The notes under the pieces: model-generated
What the model was told of the DNA's origin: nothing
Database searches by the model: none
Seen by the model: only the letters and a program-made list of their open reading frames with translations
Translations under genes and position numbers: made by a program
Part shown: positions 24,861-37,243 of the stretch, piece by piece
Position numbering within the stretch: position 1 is the stretch's first letter
Layout of the letters: each line of letters opens with the position of its first letter
Origin: Macrostomum lignano
Lineage: Eukaryota
Reading direction: 5' to 3'
Assembly (NCBI GenBank): GCA_002269645.1
Contig: NIVC01001500.1
Location: forward strand, 1-64,000
DNA: 64,000 bases

Positions 24861-25736
24861 ATGATGATGCTACTCAACCGGGAACCAAAGAGCTTCATCA
24901 TTTTAAGATTGATACTGCTGCTGCCGCTGTTGAGCCGCCCCTTGAGCTGCTGCAGGCAGCGAGTCGCCTTCCACCCGATCCTCACCTCGAACTGCGTGTC
25001 CCCAGCTCACTACCAGCTGCTCGACCTTGACACCGCGGCCTGTGCGCTTCGCTGCGGAGCGGCTCCGAGATGCAGAGCCTTCGCCATGGAAGCTGCTGCC
25101 TCCTCAGACCGGCAGCTCTGCCTGCTGTTCGCCTTCGACGCCTGCAGCTCGCAGCTGCTGCTCGATCCCGGCTCGTGGAGCGGCGGCTGCCTCAGCAGGA
25201 GGCTTCGAGTCTTCGTCAAGCAGTCGGAGGGTCTCGAGCCGGGCCGACTCTGTCCCGTCGACTATCGCTGGGTGCCTGGCGTCAGCGGCAGCCGCTTCAA
25301 GGGCTCGCTGTACAAGGCTGCTGGGAGCGGGCTGGTGGCCAACTGGAGCGCTCAGGCCGTCAGCTGCCGGAGCTTCCTGACCACCTCGGACGGGTCCGCC
25401 ATGCCGCTGACGAAGCTCGCCGACCTGAGCAGCGTCGAGGAGCTCCAGGATGTGAGGGAGTCAACTGGCCTGACTGTCTATAACGCCAGCCAGCAGATCT
25501 GGGTTGGTGCCGTCAGTTTGGGCAACAGCAGCTGGGTGTGGGCGGACTGCGACTGGCCGCTGCCGCTCCTGAAGGCTGGCAGCGGCGGATTGTGGAACGC
25601 TGGCGAGCCCAACGAAGGCAACAAAACGGTGCTGCGAGCCAGGATTTATAACTCAGAACTGTATGACAGATCCGATTGGTACGAGTTTAATGGGGCCTGT
25701 GAATGCGCTGATCCATTCTCTTACTTTGCCACGTAG
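24861..25736 (+). CDS. Secreted PAN/apple + C-type lectin domain protein, intronless, 291 aa
   Basis: Signal peptide; PAN-like C...ACALRCGAAPRCRAF...CLL; CTLD-like CP..Y, W...C, IWVGA...SWVWAD, LWNAGEPN. Confidence 0.8.
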   Translation: MMMLLNREPKSFIILRLILLLPLLSRPLSCCRQRVAFHPILTSNCVSPAHYQLLDLDTAACALRCGAAPRCRAFAMEAAASSDRQLCLLFAFDACSSQLLLDPGSWSGGCLSRRLRVFVKQSEGLEPGRLCPVDYRWVPGVSGSRFKGSLYKAAGSGLVANWSAQAVSCRSFLTTSDGSAMPLTKLADLSSVEELQDVRESTGLTVYNASQQIWVGAVSLGNSSWVWADCDWPLPLLKAGSGGLWNAGEPNEGNKTVLRARIYNSELYDRSDWYEFNGACECADPFSYFAT

Positions 25737-27849
25737 GTAGAGTAGGTAAGGTTAGGTAGAGCCGAGTAGGTAAGGTAGGTAGAGTAGCTAGGGTATAGGG
25801 GTACATGTAGATCGTAGGTAAGGTAGATGGACAATAGCAGAAGTAGCCGAATAAAGACAAAGTTCATGTAGATAAAGAAACAACTTTGGTGGAAAACATC
25901 TGGCCGAATCGTGAATTACAAGTATAATTAGCTCAGATAATTAGGAAGGTATAGCTAAGGTAGTAGGCAAGATAGATAGAGTATGACTGAGAAATTAGGC
26001 TAGGGGAGTTAAATCACAAAGCTTACTAACAGGCTTAAGTATAAAAGGGTAGCGCCGCAGCGGTAGCCATGCAGGAGAGTGGGGGACCGGTGTGTGTATG
26101 TGCGTGTGTGTGTGTTTCTGGATAGCGATGGCTTTTTAACAAAATTGAGTGGTTTTTTGTCATAAAATACTCATTATCGTAATGGAAGACCATTAAAAAC
26201 TTTGAACAGCAATGGCATACATGTATATGCATGCGAGGTTTTATAGAAAAATCGATAGAAATATGAAGTATGACAGCTGAGATCTTGGCGCGCATGTCGA
26301 TCCCAACTTATACCCCCTTTTTAAAAGCCCCATCGAGTGAATTTCTTCCTCATCAACGAGGCCCTGAAAGCAACCGGGAAACATGCATAAACTTAACGAA
26401 TTTTTATTGTACTACTCCAGTGAGTAGAGTATCAAGAAGTTACTATTTTTTCTGTTTAATTTTTTACTGTTTAATTAATTCTGCCTAAAATCTTTAAAAA
26501 AATACTTTGAACTTCATTATAATTATATTCATCATATCAAAAAGTTGATTGCGAATTTCCTTTTTAAGGAATTTTCTTACCTTAAAATTCAAAATATGCC
26601 TATTTTCCAAGTTTTTTGATCCGCTTTAGTGATTTATTCTCTCTTCTCAATCTAGTCAATTTCTAGGAATGTATATTTTTACTCACTTCTGTCTTTATTA
26701 GATTTTTCTTCAATATTGCAAGTTCCTGTATGTAATAATATTTTACACTACAGTGATAACATCTTTACAATATTCTTGCAAATTAACTTTGCAGTTGACC
26801 AAAGTTTAGGAATATTTTTGCTAAGAAAGAAATGTACTTTGATATCCACACTTGTTAATGTTTACTAGCTACATGTATTTTGTGCACTTTAATACATATT
26901 TATAAGCACATGCATACTGTAGCTACGTTAAAGACAGTTTCCCTCATATTTTTTAACTTTAGTTATTTCTCTTTGTTTTAACGATGAACAAATTAAATAC
27001 AACCTATTCATATTTTTGAATGCTTAATTTTTTTCTAAAGGACTAAATTATATAAAAGACATGTTAAAATGCGCTGAGATTCGTGCTTTTTTTATTACAA
27101 ATTAAATTTAATCTAATTACATGTATTTCTAAGATAATTTTAAGGCAATTCCCAAATAAGTGTTTTTTAAGAGTAATACGCGAAGATGAAGATACACAAT
27201 ATAATCGCAGTGACGATCGGGAGTAGCTAATTTAAACACCAGTGCGAATATTAAGTAAACCTTGTTTTTCAGCAATAAATTTTAAGGGAATCTAAATTAT
27301 AAGCATAGAATCAACTCGAAATAATTAAACTCACTGAGCGCTCCGTCCCTCGACCTGGTTGACAGCGATCGATAAACGCCAGGCCTCCTGTCAGAATTCA
27401 TGACAATAGAAAATCTTCAAAACCCAGATTTCGGTACTGTAATGAACTATAATGTACTTATTATACTCCAGATTTCAAGGTGTCCTGCTCGCAGTTTCCG
27501 TAGCGCGTTACACTTCAGTGGATAAAAGATGAAGAACCTGCACTGCTCGCTCTTATCAGATGAAATCTCTTCTTTTTTTCTGAGTCAGCACTCGGAACTC
27601 GAAGACACGGATTGGTTGGTTTGCATTTTTTCTACCTGTTGTGCACGAACGCGGAACTAAGCGGCCACGCCCTGTGGGGGCGAGGCTGCCACTGGCTTAG
27701 AGTAAACAGTATTATAACTGGCCCACTGATTAAGAAGGAAGTCGTCAGCTAGATGGATGTGTACTATTTGAGAGCAACAGGTGGATTAAAATGATTTTAT
27801 AACATAGCAATACTACAAATAATGCTACAAAGAAAGGAGATACTTTAGG

Positions 27850-28150
27850 AATGATTCAGATGATACTTCAGGTTTGATTGAGATACGCTCGTAATATTTA
27901 AGGGACGATTCAGATAATACTTCAAGGATGATTAAGATGATACTTCAGGGATAATTAAGATGCTACTTCAGAGATTATTCAGATGATACTTCAAGGATGA
28001 TTCAGATGATACTTCAGGGATTATTCAGATGATACTTCAAGGATGATTCAGATGATACTTCAGGGACGATTCAGATGATACTTAAAAGTACAATTTAGAT
28101 GACAATTCAGGTACGATTCAGACGATACTTCAGAGATAATTCAGATGACC
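27850..28150. repeat. Degenerate ~22-23-bp minisatellite (GATTCAGATGATACTTCAGGGA)n
   Basis: Directly visible, ~12 copies. Confidence 0.8.
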
Positions 28151-28764
28151 TTAGGAGAAGAATACGTCAAAAAGAACATAGCTTTTATTTATAATAGATC
28201 AGCTGATATCAATATATCCATATATAGATAAACATCTGGTAAGCATAGTTACGCAGAGAAAACTGTTTAACATTTATATATAACATGAACAGTTCAATTT
28301 TGTCAGTATAATGTTTATTAGATATAATTAATAAAGCTTCAATAATACACGTCAACAATAACTATGGTAAATTTCTTTTAATAACTTTTTTTAAATCACG
28401 AAAACCCGCGTCCAAGAGAAACTAGAGAGAAAATAAAAAATCGCGCTCAAATTTTACTACTGACTTCCCCTCCTTCAGTAGCGAGTAGCGCAACAAAACA
28501 GATTAATATTTTATTACGAGTATGTTTGAGAGTAGGAAAATGTATGGAGCATTCCATGCCCGTCATTCTGCATTCGAACTGACTGCATATTTAAGAGTAG
28601 AAAAAAAACATAATGCAAAATGCAGTCACCAGAGTTATGAGTAAGCTAGCCTATCCAAGCACAGGGTAAGACTGGTTTGCTCGGTTTCGCTAACCAAAAC
28701 CAACGGTACTGATGTTCTCTGTGTTGTTAACTACGAGTATTAAAGCTGGACTGCCCACGACTTC

Positions 28765-29352
28765 GGTTAGGATTAGGGCTTAGGATTATGATTTTGTGTT
28801 TTGGTTAGGGTTTAGGTTATGGTTTAGTATTTAGATTAGGGTTTAGGGTTATGGTTTAGGGTTTAGATTAGGGTTTAAGGTTATGGTTTAGGATTTAGAT
28901 TAGGGTTTAGGGTTATGGTTTAGGATTTAGATTAGGGTTCAGGGTTATGGTTCAGAATTCAGATTAGGGTTTAGGGTTATGGTTTAGGATTTAGATTAGG
29001 GTTTAGGGCATTGATTTGTGTTTTGGTTAGGGTTTAGGTTATGGTTTAGTATTTAGATTAGGGTTTAGGGTTATGGTTTAGGGTTTAGATTAGGGTCTGG
29101 AATTATGGTTTAGGGTTTAGATTTGAGTTTAGTGTTATGGTTTAGGATTTAGATTAGGGTTTAAGGTTATGGTTTAGGATTTAGATTAGGGTTTAAGGTT
29201 ATGGTTTAGGATTTAGATTAGGGTTTAGGGTTATGGTTTAGGATTTAGATTAGGGTTTAGTGTTATGGTTCAGGATTTAGATTAGGGTTTAGTGTTATGG
29301 TTCAGGATTTAGATTAGGGTTTAGTGTTATGGTTCAGAATTTAGATTAGGGT
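28765..29352. repeat. Telomere-like higher-order repeat, 32-bp unit TTTAGGGTTATGGTTTAGGATTTAGATTAGGG
   Basis: About 17 units built from TTAGGG/TTTAGGG variants. Confidence 0.85.
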
Positions 29353-29788
29353 TCCAGCAATTCTATCGGCAGATTCTTAGGCTGACTCTACTCAAAGAGT
29401 ATACTTTTGAAGCTTTTCAATTTTCCGGCACAAAAATAACACTGCTTTTAATTGCTAAGCATTGAAAGCAGATAGCAGACTGAATGCTAATAGTTCAATA
29501 CGAAATCTATGCGTTATTGCATTAGTATTGTTTAGTCTTACAAACCGAACAGCTTTACAGCTTTCTGTGCACAACTTTACTTAAAGCATACCCGTAACAA
29601 AGCAAAGACACACGATTTATAATAGATTATAATAGCGTACCTTATAATTACACTACTTACAGTAGCAAAACTAGTTTAGTAGTAACAATAAAAGATAGAT
29701 AATGGTGACCCGAATTCCAAAAGAACTGCAGTTTTTGAACCGTATTTATTGTTGCTTGCTTAGATTATTGCCCATCAAGCAGTCGCTC

Positions 29789-32700
29789 TCATTTGCCAAG
29801 CGCCTTCATTCGCTCTTGCAGGGAGGCCGTGTTAGCTTGAACAGTCTTCAAATCTTCAGTTAGGCGCTTCTCTAGCCCAGCTAGGAGGCTGGCCGAGGAC
29901 TCCAGCTGAGCTGATGAAGCTCGCTGAGATTGATCGATGAGATTCAGGGCGCCGGAGAATTGCATAGCCTAACGGGAGTTTGAGGGGCGGATTGAGAGCG
30001 GATTTTGAGGGCGGATTTAAATCGGATTGAGTGAATTAGGGGCGGATTGAAAGCGGATTTTGAAAGGCGGATTGAGAGCAGATTTTAAGGGGCGGAGTGA
30101 GAGCGGATTCTGAGCGGCGGATTGAGAGCGGATTCTGAGGGGCGGATTGAGGGGCGGATTGAGGGGCGGATTGAGAGCGGATTTTGAGGGGCGGATTTAA
30201 ATCGGATTGAGTGAATTAGGGGCGGATTGAAAGCGGATTTTGAAAGGCGGATTGAGAGCAGATTTTAAGGGGCGGAGTGAGAGCGGATTCTGAGCGGCGG
30301 ATTGAGAGCGGATTCTGAGGGGCGGATTGAGGGGCGGATTGAGGGGCGGATTGAGAGCGGGTTTTGATGGGCGGATTTTAAATCGGATTGAGTGAATTAG
30401 GGCGGATTGAGAGCGGATTTTGAGGGGCGGATTTAAATCGGATTGAGTGAATTAGGGGCGGATTGAAAGCGGATTTTGAAAGGCGGATTGAGAGCAGATT
30501 TTAAGGGGCGGAGTGAGAGCGGATTCTGAGCGGCGGATTGAGAGCGGATTCTGAGGGGCGAATTGAGGGGCGGATTGAGGGGCGGATTGAGAGCGGATTT
30601 TGAGGGGCGGATTGAGAGCGGATTCTGAGGGGCGGATTGAGGGGCGGATTGAGAGCGGATTCTGAGGGGCGGATTGAGGGGCGGATTGAGAGCGGGTTTT
30701 GAGGGGTGGATTGAGAACGAGTTTTGAGGGGCGGATTAAGAGCGGATTTTGAGGGGCGGATTAAGAGCGGATTTTGAGCGACGGATTGCTAGAGGATTAG
30801 AAGGCTAAGAGAGACCTGTCGAATTGCTTTAAATTTCCAATTTTTTATAAACGGAAATATTTAATAAGAAAAAAACCGTACCTGCTCGTGCAGCTCTCGC
30901 AAAGCGGTCAGGCGGCCCACAATGCCGTGAACGGAGTCGGCCAGGCCGTCCCACTTCTTCACCAGTTCGTAGAGTTCAGCAACCCGAGTCTGCAGTGCGA
31001 AACAGTGGAGGATTAACGCTGGCTGTAAAAAACTTTAAATCACGGTTGTCATGCTATTCAGCATGATTTATGACGCCATATTCGTCTGTCCACCCCTGAT
31101 TTCCTACCGATACATGCCCTTCCCTCCCTCCCTGTCCCTGACCTTCACTCCCACCCCGTCTATGACCTTCCCTCCCTCCCTGTCCATGACCTTCACTCCC
31201 TCCCTGTCCATGACCTTCACTCCCTCCCTGTCCAGGACCTTCACTTCCTACCTGTTCATGACCTTCACTTCTTACCTGTCCATGCCCTTCCCTCCCACCC
31301 TGTCTATGACCTTCACTCCCTCCCTGTCCAGGACCTTCACTTCCTACCTGTCCATGCCCTTCCCTCCCTGTTCCTGACCTTCACTCCCTCAATGTCCATG
31401 CCCTCCACTCCCTCCCTGTCCATGACCTTCACTCCCTCCCTGGCGATGACCTTCACTCCCTCCCTGTCCATGACCTTCACTTTCTTCCTGTCCGTGACCT
31501 TCACTCCCTCCCTGTCCGTGACCTTCATCTCACCTGAGTGTCGGCATCGGCCAGGGGCTCCCGCTTGTCGCTGGTGAGCTGAGCCAACCGATGGTTAAGT
31601 GCGGCCAGTCGCGAGTCCACCTGCTCCAGACTGGCCGGCTCCAGCAGGGCCAGTTTACCAGCCAGTCGATGAGTTGCCTCCAGCAGAGGTCGGCCGGCCA
31701 AATCGCCGGACAGAGCCGGGGCGCGCAGGTGAGCCTCGCCGATGGCCGCTTCGAGGCGGGCTAGTCGAGCTTCGAGGTCTTTAGGTACGGCGGGTGCCCC
31801 GCTAGTAGGTTTGGTGTACACCTGTAGATTGTGTAGTATATCCCTAATTAGGCGACGAATCATTTACCTATGCATATACAGCTATAATAACAGTGACTGT
31901 ATACAGGACCTAAAAGTACTAATAAGATGACGAGGCTAAATATGTTATAGTTACTCACGCCGAATACCCAAACAAGATTTTCAATTGCTCTCACCTCGTA
32001 AACCAGCGAGCCACTGGCGCCTTGAGCAGCCGCCGCCGCAGTTGGCTGCTGTTTTCCTAATCGCTCTAATTGACCAGCCAGTCGCTTCTCCAAACAGCCC
32101 TCCGGATCGAACACGTGCAGCCCCTCAGCCTCCGGGCCAAGAAGCGAGTCCAGATGCAACGCCAGCAGCTCGGACTGGGCGCCGCGAATCATAGCAGCCA
32201 ACTGATCTGGCGACACTTCGCTGTCGCCGTCGCCGGCGCTATCGGCGGATTTGCGTGCCTCCTTGACAGCGGCAGACAGGCCGGCAATCTCGGCTTGTAG
32301 GCGTCTGCATTGGAAAAAATAGATTTAAGGTCGGTGACCTATATTAAGTGCAAGGCACTGCATTCTGGCACTCTGAAGATCCATTTCGGTACCCGAAGAT
32401 CCATATTGGTATCTGAAGATCTATTTCGGTACCCGAAGATCCATTTTGGTATCTGAAGATCCATTTTGGTATCTGAAGATCCATTTTGGTACCTGAAGAT
32501 CCATTTCGGTACCCGAAGATCCATTTTGGTACCTGAGAATTCATTTTCGTACCTAAAGATCCATTTTGGTACCTGAAGATCCACTTTGGTACCTGAAGAT
32601 CCATTTTGGTACCTGAAGATCCACTTTGGTACCTGAAGATCCATTTTGGTACCTGAAGATCCATTTTGGTACCTAAGGATTCATTCTGGTGGCTGAAGAT

Positions 32701-35700
32701 CCAATTTGGTACCTGAGCATTTATTTTGGTACCTGAAGATCCAACTTGGTACCTGAAGATTCATTTTGGTACCTGACGATTTATTTTGATACTTGAACAT
32801 TCATTTTGGTACCTGAAGATCAATTTTGGTAGCTGAAGAGCTATTTCGGTGCCTGAAGATTCATTTTGGTACTTGAATATTCATTTTGGTACCTAAGATC
32901 CATTTTGATACCTGAAGATCCATTTTGGTACCTGAAGATCAAGTTTGGTAGCTGAAGAGCTATTTCGGTGCCTGAAGATTCATTTTGGTACTTGAATATT
33001 CATTTTGGTACCTAAGATCCATTTTGATACCTGAAGATCCATTTTGGTACCTGAAGAGCTATTTCGGTGCCTGAAGATTCATTTTGGTACTCGAATATTC
33101 ATTTTGGCACCTGTAGATTCATTTTGGTATCTGAGGATTCATTTTTGGTGCCTGAATATTCATTGTTTGCATTGATATATCACCACCAGTGAACACAAAT
33201 TGCTAGCTGTAACATGTGTAGTCACCTGTACTTCTGCATCGGTGTTTCAGCATCCCTAGCAGCCTCATCGAGCAGTTCAAGATCGCCAACGGCACTGCTA
33301 GCGTAGCCAATTTTGCGACCAGCTCTGATGGCGTCAGTGAAATCCACCCGACTGGAGTCCAGCTGCTTGCCTTTGAACTTTGCGGCGGCTGCGGCTGGAT
33401 CGAGGCTGGACTGATCCACATCGCCTGACTCTGCCTGGTTGCTGGGGAACTGTGGGGGAATGGGAGATTAACATGAAATGTCTGCTTGGCAATGAATAGG
33501 TCATTGAATATATATCAATACTTACCTTTGTGTCTCTTTGTTGATCACTTTCTGGGAGATCTCCTGACTCATAAACATCTGGCTGGCCAGTAGCCTGCAA
33601 ACAGAAATAAAATTTTTATGCTATAAAATACTAAAAAAGACACATCTTTATTATGCAAATTCTGCATGGTATCAATAAATAGTATTGCTCATAAGAGTAA
33701 ATTAAAAGCTAGGCTATAATGCTAAAGACAAAGTAAGGTTAAAATAAAGAGTTTTCAGATGCTTAAGCTGTAGGAACTTGGACTTTTGCTCTTTGGACAA
33801 AAATATTTCTTTAGGCTTATGTTTAATAGTTGTTATGTGTCCAGTGACTAGACAATAAGCTATTTCATCTGTATAGTTAAATGGATAATTACTAAATACA
33901 TCAGTAGCTAATTGTTTTGTGAATATTTCAATAGATATTTATAGAATTCAATTTTGAAGCACAAAAAATTGCATATGATCAATCCCAATTGCTCATGTAA
34001 TGGAGAAGAGCACATAAATAAAGGCTAAAATTAACCCTACCCCAACTACCCTTTGGCCCATATATGCACAACACAGCCAATGTAAGTTGCAAAAATGACT
34101 ACTTGAAAAAAGCAAAACTTAAAACTTAAAATACTAATTAGATGACAAGATATTTAGCTTTAATAATATAATCCTAGTTACTCCTGCAATTTATCCAAAA
34201 TTATGTTTCTTTTTTCTTATGTTTCTTTGATAAATAAGTCAATTTTTTGGTCAAAAAGTAAGTTGCATAGTCAGTATAAGGCAAACATAGTCTGGATCAT
34301 GTTGAGTGCACGCCGGAATGCTCTGAACCAAATTTTTACATTTAAAAAATGCACTTCAAAAAAGCAAAGTCTTCAACATTTTAAAAAAAAATTTATAGCA
34401 TGCAAATATACAACATTTCTTTTTGGCACATTTAAATTTACTTGTCATTTTGCAATAAAAATAAGTATGACTCTTGTCTTCACAAGACCATGTCTTTTCA
34501 CAAACTTTTGTCTCAACAAAACATGACCTACTATCACACCAGGCCATATTCTATGCCAGCTATTCCACACCATAGCACACCAACATGCCACTTTTGGCAT
34601 GCAATACCCAATTACATGCCAATACATGTCACAATTTTTAGGCCAAACCAAATGCACACTAGAATTTTCTGGCATGATATATGCTTTCCAGAGTATGGTA
34701 AAGTAAGGGAATTGTGCATTTAGCCTTGGCCTTATTATATACAACAAAAATTATTCTATTTTAACTAATATTCTATATTTTATAGTTCAACAAAATACTA
34801 GCCAAGCTTTTATTAAAAAACTAAAACCCCTATTAAATCATATCTACTATGCTAATATGTATTCAAAATATGATCCCTATAGTCCGGATCATGCTGGGTG
34901 CACACCCAAACAGAAATTGAATAATTGCAAATGCACACCAAAAAAATTGAGTGCATACCCATTCTCAAAAATATGTTGGTATTGCAACCGTAAATGACCT
35001 TTTTAACATTGTGACAAAAAGGGGCCTTTTTAAAATTGTGTAATGAACCCTTTTTAGCAAATAATTTGGTTAGTTTTAATGCTTTTTAGGCAATATTATT
35101 TATAGCAAAAAATCAATATACACAAAGATTTGTTTAAGTGCTTCATAACAGGCTAAAAACTAGAAAGCTTGAAATTTACACTTGAAAATGAACTTTTTTC
35201 ATCTTTTTTCTACTTTACAAAAACTCTTCAGTGTGATTTTATAAAGTATACACCAGGTATACATACATACTATTTTCTTAGGAGTGATGCACACCGTACA
35301 TGCGCACCCCCCTGGTTTACACTGGCCATGCAACTTACTTTTTGACCAGAAATGCAAATTACCTGTGAAAGAAACCCTAGAGCAACATTAACACAATTTT
35401 GGGTAAATAGTAAGAGTAACTATGACTGTCTTATAAGGGATGCCTTATAAGAGTGCCTCATCATCTAATTAGTACTATGTCTATATTCTTTGGGGTGGGC
35501 ATTTTTGCGACTTACCCCTGGTCCACCACAATTTACAGTGGCCAGATTGGCCAGGTCGGCCAGCAGTTGCGCATATATGATGCACACCAACTATGCATGC
35601 CTAATTTTGGCATGCAAGGCCAATGCATGCCCAAATTTTTGGGCATAGGCATATACTACATGATCATGAGTGTGGTATGATCCCAATTCCCTAATTCCAT

Positions 35701-36782
35701 AACCTAAAACATTGATAAATATATTGTAGCCTTGTAGTAAAAAATTAAAAGCATTATAAGTAAAAAAGTAGTGTTCCGCCGTAGCTGTAGCTACAGCTAC
35801 GGGATCCTACGGCAAATATGGTAAAATAGGTGCCTATGGCAGCTACAGATACGCCTACGGTAGCTAGCTGCTCTTATGGCTACGACTACGGAAATATGGG
35901 ATTTGCTGTCACATTCTGTAGATTCCCATAGCCGTAGTTATTAATGTTAAAAATTAAAAAATTTTTAGAAACAGGTAGAGTAAAACAAATATACGTTTAG
36001 TAAACTGTATTATCAACCTAGAAACTTATAAAATATACCTAAAAAAGTACAATAAAACACTAGCAAACTCTAATTTTTATTAATGTGAAAAAATTTAGCG
36101 TTAGTACTTTCAGTAACGATTAAGTATTGTTGCTCTGAAAAAAGACGAAATATAATCTTACAAAGGCAATTGAGTGTTTCTTTTATTTTCTAATTTAATT
36201 TGCAGTTGTTTAAGCACTTTTGTTAAAACTACGGCTATGGCTATGGGAACTACGGGAATATGGTAATTTCGGGGTCCCTACGGCTACGGATATGGAGAAT
36301 TGGAATAAGCCGTAGTTTTGCTTACGGCTATAGCTACGGTACATGGACCCTCCTTACGGCGGAACACTATAAAAAAGGCTTTTTTCACTAGAGACAAGGT
36401 GCACAATTGCATCTTATAAACAGTTTAAAGGTGCAGTCAATATTTGTTAAGTTTCACTAGGCCTACATAGAAAACCCATCAATGAATTAAAGAGTGATAC
36501 TAACTCAAAACCATATTCACTACAATAAATGTGCTTATTTGTGCTGTTTAATATACTGGTATTTAATATCTAGGCCTATCTATACATTTAAAAATCAAAA
36601 CTCTGTCTGTCTGTGTGTGTGTCTTATACTATAATATACTAAAACTCTAGCGATGTTTGTCTGCTTTATACTATAATACTACCACCACAGTACCACTTAA
36701 AAGTTTAGGCGTGAACAAAATTAAATTAAAAAATGCAACTTACAATATATGGAAGGCTGCTGTACTTTGGATCCAGTGGCAT
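29789..36782 (-). CDS. DCTN2: Dynactin subunit 2 (p50 dynamitin), 7 exons, 405 aa
   Basis: Exons 36782-36744 (MPLDPKYSSLPYI), 33594-33526 (ATGQPDVYESGDLPESDQ), 33449-33226 (..FKGKQLD..DF..ETPMQKYR), 32304-31995, 31821-31534 (LEARLARLE..LEQVDSRL..ADADTQ), 30989-30882 (RVAELYELVKKW..L..LRELHEQ), 29968-29789 (AMQF...ERMKALGK*). All junctions are GT-AG and phase-consistent. Confidence 0.95.
29984..30785. repeat. G-rich minisatellite of GAGGGGCGGATT/GAGAGCGGATT units with ~180-bp higher-order duplication, filling DCTN2 intron 6
   Basis: Blocks at 30001 and 30181 are near-identical. Many GGGGCGG (GC-box) motifs. Confidence 0.9.
31110..31525. repeat. 24-bp minisatellite (CCTTCACTCCCTCCCTGTCCATGA)n in DCTN2 intron 5
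   Basis: Directly visible; starts right at the splice donor. Confidence 0.9.
32370..33165. repeat. 20-bp minisatellite (GAAGATCCATTTTGGTACCT)n in DCTN2 intron 3
   Basis: About 40 copies, degenerating toward higher coordinates. Confidence 0.9.
35295..35579. mobile_element. 285-bp MITE, short copy of the 28S-fragment-carrying hAT-like family (DCTN2 intron 1)
   Basis: Ends CGTACATGCGCAC...GTTGCGCATATATG. 8-bp TSD ATGCACAC at 35287-35294 and 35580-35587. The left ~80 bp and right ~75 bp align with the ends of 1764-3896. Confidence 0.82.
35401..35473 (+). other. Degenerate 28S rRNA fragment with a palindromic insertion at the R2 / I-PpoI site
   Basis: GGGTAAA..GAGTAACTATGACTG-TCTTATAAGGGATGCCTTATAAGA-GTGCCTCATCATCTAATTAGT. 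35429-35452 is a perfect 10-bp stem with a GATG loop. Confidence 0.8.
35769..36369. mobile_element. 601-bp hAT-type MITE (TIR TAGTGTTCCGCCGTA)
   Basis: 15-bp perfect TIRs, 8-bp TSD TAAAAAAG (35761-35768, 36370-36377), many subterminal CTACGG/CCGTAG motifs. Confidence 0.88.
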
Positions 36783-37243
36783 TTTGAAAGCTGTTTCTAA
36801 ATAGTTCGTTCAAATTTAACGATATGAATATTCCAACCAAAACACTGAGAAAACAGATACAATAGTTAAGTCTTAACACTTCACCTTGTCCCTGACTAGT
36901 GACTTTACTTAAGATTTCTCTGAAAAAGTATTAGTTTTGAAAAAACGCCTATTAAACTAATAAACAAAGAAACAAATATAGTATGTATAGAAAATAAATT
37001 CATTAAATTAAAACTAAAAAATCAATCAATGCAGTTCTTTAACAAAGTACTCATGCAGATAGTATACAAGTTAAAAAATTATTTAACAGATTTTTGTTGA
37101 CCGTGGCTTCTTTGACAGATTCAAAATAGAAGATTTCATTGAAAATTTATTTGATGGTCGAGTTTCATTTTCAAGCAAGACTCAATAGGCAGGGTATCGA
37201 GGTATTAAGACTTAGTAAGTGAACCAAGATCTCAAAATTTGTC

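Noticed and set aside
31051-32664. ORFs such as (SMTFTPSL)n and (MDLQVPKWIFRYQNGSSGTK)n
   Set aside because: Translations of DCTN2 intronic minisatellites.
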